A DNA stretch of 59,253 bases, counting the filler, from Candidatus Coatesbacteria bacterium (lineage in GTDB: Bacteria > JAFGND01): assembly GCA_016927185.1 (NCBI GenBank). It is 3 parts of 3 records of this genome, joined end to end, with 100 filler letters (N's around TTAATTAATTAA, not from the genome) between each part and the next. Parts side by side here need not be neighbours in the genome. Positions count along the whole stretch, not along the records: positions 48,628 to 59,253 come from JAFGND010000054.1; 2 more parts are not named here. One strand, 5' to 3'. Each line of letters begins with the position of its first letter. Position 1 is the first letter of the stretch. The notes beneath the pieces are model-generated. The model searched no databases. It saw only the letters and a program-made list of their open reading frames with translations, and was not told the origin of the DNA. Shown here one piece after another: positions 55,832-59,253 of this stretch. Both the position numbers and the translations under genes were made by a program.

Positions 55832-56287
55832 CTATTTCCCGTAAGTATATTTGAAGAAATCAGGATCAAATGCAATTGCAGCAAGCCATTTATCTCCGAA
55901 TATTACTCCAATCCATGTCTCTCCGCGCTTCCAGTATGCACTTGTCAAGGTAACTTCCTCAGGCTCACCAAGTTCTTCCCTGAACAAATTGTATATCTTG
56001 ACTGTTGTTGTCAAGTCAGCATTCTTTGCATACATGTACATTGCACCTATCTTGTACTGCTTGTTCTTGTCCAGGAAAACTGCAACTCTCCTGTATGGAA
56101 CTTCATGATCAGTTATATCTACAGCACAGAAATAGAATTCCTTGTTCTCGCTTTCCTCAAGGCTGGGATATTTCTGCTGTGCAATGGCAAGTGTTTCCCC
56201 AATCTTGACTCCGAAAATATCTGCTATGCTTGTAGCCGAAAAAAGGCATGCAGAAGTCAGCAAGATAAAGAATATGACTTTATTCAT
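55832..56287 (-). CDS. Hypothetical secreted protein
   Basis: GAGGTG RBS, signal peptide, FG.K.G.T...A motif; no family assigned. Confidence 0.65.
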   Translation of the reverse strand: MNKVIFFILLTSACLFSATSIADIFGVKIGETLAIAQQKYPSLEESENKEFYFCAVDITDHEVPYRRVAVFLDKNKQYKIGAMYMYAKNADLTTTVKIYNLFREELGEPEEVTLTSAYWKRGETWIGVIFGDKWLAAIAFDPDFFKYTYGK

Positions 56288-56342
56288 TTGCACCTCTCTT
56301 TATATTTTGTTTAACCAAAAAGGCAATTTTATTCTACATTAT

Positions 56343-57014
56343 TTATATACGGTCAGTTTTTACTTGAATCTCGTTTTTATCTTTGTCAATTGCCTGCATG
56401 GAGAAAATATCCTTTGCAATGTAACCTATTTTCCTGCAAGCATATGCGTCAATACCTCCAGAAATAACACTTCCTGCTACAGGTATTATCTTGCTCATGC
56501 TTGCTATGCTTTTCTCTCCTGTCTTTGCAACAAGCCTGTATCCAACTTTCTTGTTTATCTCAATCAAGACACTTGATGGCGTCCTGATTAATATCTGCGT
56601 TAATGTCCTGTTTGTGATTTTCACCCCTGCGTTTTTTAATATTTTCTTTATATCATCACCCTGAAGGCATAATATTAAAAGGGTCTTTACGCTATCCTCC
56701 CTTATATCATGACCGTAAATTATCGCAATTGCTCCAACCATTCTTGCCTGAATAAGCCATGCAGCTGCAAGGGATCCTGGAACACTTAATGGAATGGTAA
56801 TCAATCCACCCAGTCCTGTAAGGAAACCTGTGGTGAAATTCTTTGATGCTTCCCACTTTATAAGCGATTTCACCCTTCTGTCATTATCAGCAAATTTCTC
56901 ATTCTTAATATATCTTGAAGCGAGTTTTTCTGCTGAGCTTAATGGAGGGAATCCGTTTATTGAATGATGGGTAATCCACTCAAGAAGTTTTAGGGTTCTG
57001 CTTTGCTTTTCCAT
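56343..57014 (-). CDS. EcsC family protein
   Basis: TTGFLTGLGGLIT.P..VP, Q.RM..AIA..YG.D, INKKVG.RL..K.G.K....K.IP..G..I.G..D. Confidence 0.88.
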   Translation of the reverse strand: MEKQSRTLKLLEWITHHSINGFPPLSSAEKLASRYIKNEKFADNDRRVKSLIKWEASKNFTTGFLTGLGGLITIPLSVPGSLAAAWLIQARMVGAIAIIYGHDIREDSVKTLLILCLQGDDIKKILKNAGVKITNRTLTQILIRTPSSVLIEINKKVGYRLVAKTGEKSIASMSKIIPVAGSVISGGIDAYACRKIGYIAKDIFSMQAIDKDKNEIQVKTDRI

Positions 57015-57079
57015 ATGCTTTCTATAAACTCCCGACTTCTTGAATCAAATCTGTAATAACTGTCATGAAAGGTTTTCAC

Positions 57080-59011
57080 TCAGGGCATGTATAGTATCTT
57101 TCCTGAAGCAACATTCTTTCCGAACACAATTTTGTAGTAATAAACTCCAGCACTTCTTCTTTCAAGTATTCTCCTTGCCGGGATTGCCAATCTTGAAAAG
57201 TCCCTGTCTGATTTTATTTTTAGCGGTTTGCCAATATGTCTTCCTGACACATCGTAAAATACAATATAACCAGTGTTTTCAGGAATATTCTTCTTTCTTA
57301 TCACAAGAGTCAATTCATTCCTGACAGGATTGGGACAGGAAGACAGAATTGTCAGAACAGGTTTTCTGACAGATTTCATGCTTCCCTTTCTCTTCAGGTC
57401 ATTCACCGTAATTGAAAGCCTGTATGAAGGAATTTTGCCTATTGCAATTGATATCCTGTCTATCGATAATCCTGATTCAGCAAGCTGTGAGAAAGAATCA
57501 TTATACCAGTTGGAATTGGGATTGGTAGATGCATTGAAAACAGGGGAAGGATGGGTTATCTGGAAGAAGTGGGGGCATCCATATGACCATTGCCAGTAAG
57601 GATGTTCTCCATTTTCCCATATTGAGCCATACAATACTCCACCTACTGAAAGCGAATCAGTGAGGGATCTGAACCAGAAATCCAGATCATCATAACCGCT
57701 TGCTGGATTTGGTTGTCTGTCACTCATGAAGGGAGGTTTGTCCCACATGCCATTTGCACATTCTATATCAACTATCTTGTGATGTTCATTGTTCATGTCA
57801 CCACCAAGCTCATCAACATGATAAATAGTGATACCACCTTGCTTCATATCATCTGTATATTCCTCTAAAGGTAGAGGATATCTCTGATGATATAAATCAG
57901 GAACATATCCATGCTTCTTGCCCAGTTTAAGCTCTATAAGGAAATATTCACATTCATTACCAGGTCTTGTGAATTTAAGAACCGAAGGAGTTTCTCTAGA
58001 ATCTATGGGATATATTATATATTCTCCTGATTCTGTTATCTCTCTTATATCACTCCCTTTTTTCCAGCCAAGCTTGCATAAACTGAATGCAGAAAGAGGT
58101 CCAGGTACTCTATGAATATCTGATGCATCAGCAAATGGACATTGTGTATGGCACATTATATCCCATTTTCCAATTCCAGCATTATCAGTCCCGAAATAGC
58201 CTTCTGTTATATTAAATCCGCTAGTATACAAATCCTCAAGCCCGAGATAATGACAGAATTCATGCATCATGCGATGAGACATAATGGACATCACATTTTC
58301 CTCTTCATTGTTGTCTTCACAGTAATTATGTTCTATATAAACCACTGCAGATCTGTCAGGATCTATTGTTACGCTGTCCCGTTCGTGCTGGAAACCCATG
58401 TGAGATGGATAATATCCTGAACCTTCATTAGGATCCTTGCAATCTGTTGTTGCTATTATGAAAATGAAACCTACTTTCGCTGTATCATTTTCCACTGTTG
58501 CAAATTTCCTGTAATCAACAACTCTGTCTACTTCATCCCAGAACTTCACATAATCAGGTTTTCCCTGTTGCCATCCTCTTGAATATGCAGTGAAAAACTG
58601 GTTGAAAAGGACAATTTCTCCCCTTATATGGTACTTGTCAAAAGAGAGTTTTGATGCATAATCGCTTAAACTCCTGAAAGGATAGCTTAGTTTCATTGGA
58701 ACCAGTTTCTTGTAAATACAAGAACATCTATCCTCAAAGCTGTTATCACCTTCCCTGAGATTGATTCCCCAGCCAAGAATCCTGCTGAATTTCTTGACAT
58801 TCTTGTGGGGAGTCGGCACGCCCAGACTATTATTTGAATAAACAAGTATACCAACAGCTTTTATTGTATCAATTGTTGTTTGTGCATCTTTAAGATTATG
58901 GTTACCATATGGATATATATCCATATCCGGCAGGGCAGAAAGCATTTCAGGAAAGACTGCTGCAATAATCAGTAAAATCTTCATGCTGCAAAGCACTTTT
59001 CTGTTATTCAT
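57080..59011 (-). CDS. Secreted M6 (immune inhibitor A-like) zinc metalloprotease with T9SS-like C-terminal domain
   Basis: HEFCHYLGLEDLY, GIGKWDIM, P..LSAF....LGW, EYFLIE, G..IYHVDE; tail PNP.....YDVSGR...SAGVYYY.......K. Confidence 0.85.
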   Translation of the reverse strand: MNNRKVLCSMKILLIIAAVFPEMLSALPDMDIYPYGNHNLKDAQTTIDTIKAVGILVYSNNSLGVPTPHKNVKKFSRILGWGINLREGDNSFEDRCSCIYKKLVPMKLSYPFRSLSDYASKLSFDKYHIRGEIVLFNQFFTAYSRGWQQGKPDYVKFWDEVDRVVDYRKFATVENDTAKVGFIFIIATTDCKDPNEGSGYYPSHMGFQHERDSVTIDPDRSAVVYIEHNYCEDNNEEENVMSIMSHRMMHEFCHYLGLEDLYTSGFNITEGYFGTDNAGIGKWDIMCHTQCPFADASDIHRVPGPLSAFSLCKLGWKKGSDIREITESGEYIIYPIDSRETPSVLKFTRPGNECEYFLIELKLGKKHGYVPDLYHQRYPLPLEEYTDDMKQGGITIYHVDELGGDMNNEHHKIVDIECANGMWDKPPFMSDRQPNPASGYDDLDFWFRSLTDSLSVGGVLYGSIWENGEHPYWQWSYGCPHFFQITHPSPVFNASTNPNSNWYNDSFSQLAESGLSIDRISIAIGKIPSYRLSITVNDLKRKGSMKSVRKPVLTILSSCPNPVRNELTLVIRKKNIPENTGYIVFYDVSGRHIGKPLKIKSDRDFSRLAIPARRILERRSAGVYYYKIVFGKNVASGKILYMP

Positions 59012-59239
59012 TCAATCTACTCCTTGCTAAACTGTTCCATTATAAATAAAAGCATTAAATATTGTCAAGATTTCTTTGTCTATATAATGTAACAGATACG
59101 GAATTCTTGATTACAGATCTATAGAATAGTTGTTTATAAACTCAAAGATAGCTTATTGAATTTGATGGGGATTCTTCTTGACTAAAAAAACTGAATCCTT
59201 CCAATGTTGAAATAACAAGAAGAAAATGGAGGTAAATGT

Positions 59240-59253
59240 ATGAAAGCGTTGAT
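59240..59253 (+). CDS. Start of a gene running off the window
   Basis: GGAGGT RBS, ATG AAA GCG TTG, and an upstream CTTGAC at 59177. Confidence 0.45.

Noticed and set aside
55514-56314. 266-aa plus-strand ORF
   Set aside because: It is an antisense shadow of rarA and the 55832-56287 gene, with no RBS or motifs. The other short antisense or overlapping ORFs in the track were dismissed likewise.

Overview
AT-rich bacterial genomic DNA that is not one continuous locus. Two 100-nt spacers (N44-TTAATTAATTAA-N44 at 31294-31393 and 48528-48627) join three contigs, so gene context must not be read across them. Contig 1 (1-31293) is mostly housekeeping: fabD-fabG-acpP-fabF-rnc; GH57-glgC-glyQ; nfnAB-rpmF-plsX-fabH-PorV-like-Gfo/Idh/MocA-DUF1385-prfA. 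It also has TonB-C/AgmX-like and YjbH-like envelope genes, a lipoprotein + LysM pair, PspA-like, PAP2, a dipeptidase, and a DRG GTPase-metallophosphoesterase-DUF58-transglutaminase operon. Contig 2 (31394-48527) has a split permease pair, a 636-aa orphan, a UgtP-like glycosyltransferase, a HAD hydrolase, yraN-truncated selA-lipoprotein-orphan grpE-like, an EFR1 ferredoxin, folB, a FolK::LMW-phosphatase fusion, DUF2723, two tandem SGNH paralogs with a deleted third copy, and a methyltransferase-GT2 fusion. Contig 3 (48628-59253) has PQQ-like beta-propeller genes, a Phd/RelE toxin-antitoxin pair, an ABC-2 exporter, a UgtP-like gene, rarA, ecsC and an M6 metalloprotease. The gene content suggests an anaerobic diderm of the FCB-associated candidate phyla. 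The short T9SS-like tails recall Ca. Coatesbacteria proteins, but that is recollection only and unverified. The most interesting signals are: (1) an unannotated 50-aa Cys/Tyr-rich peptide with a RiPP-like leader (Y-x-K-P...FE..ALxC) at 50587-50739, downstream of an ABC exporter; (2) an expanded, modular family of T9SS-tailed beta-propeller proteins with exact 120-bp DNA repeats and hypervariable loops; (3) the FolK-phosphatase fusion; (4) an N-terminally truncated SelA; (5) a CTTGAC (-35)-dominant promoter pattern with apparently leaderless genes. No rRNA, tRNA, CRISPR array or transposase was seen.
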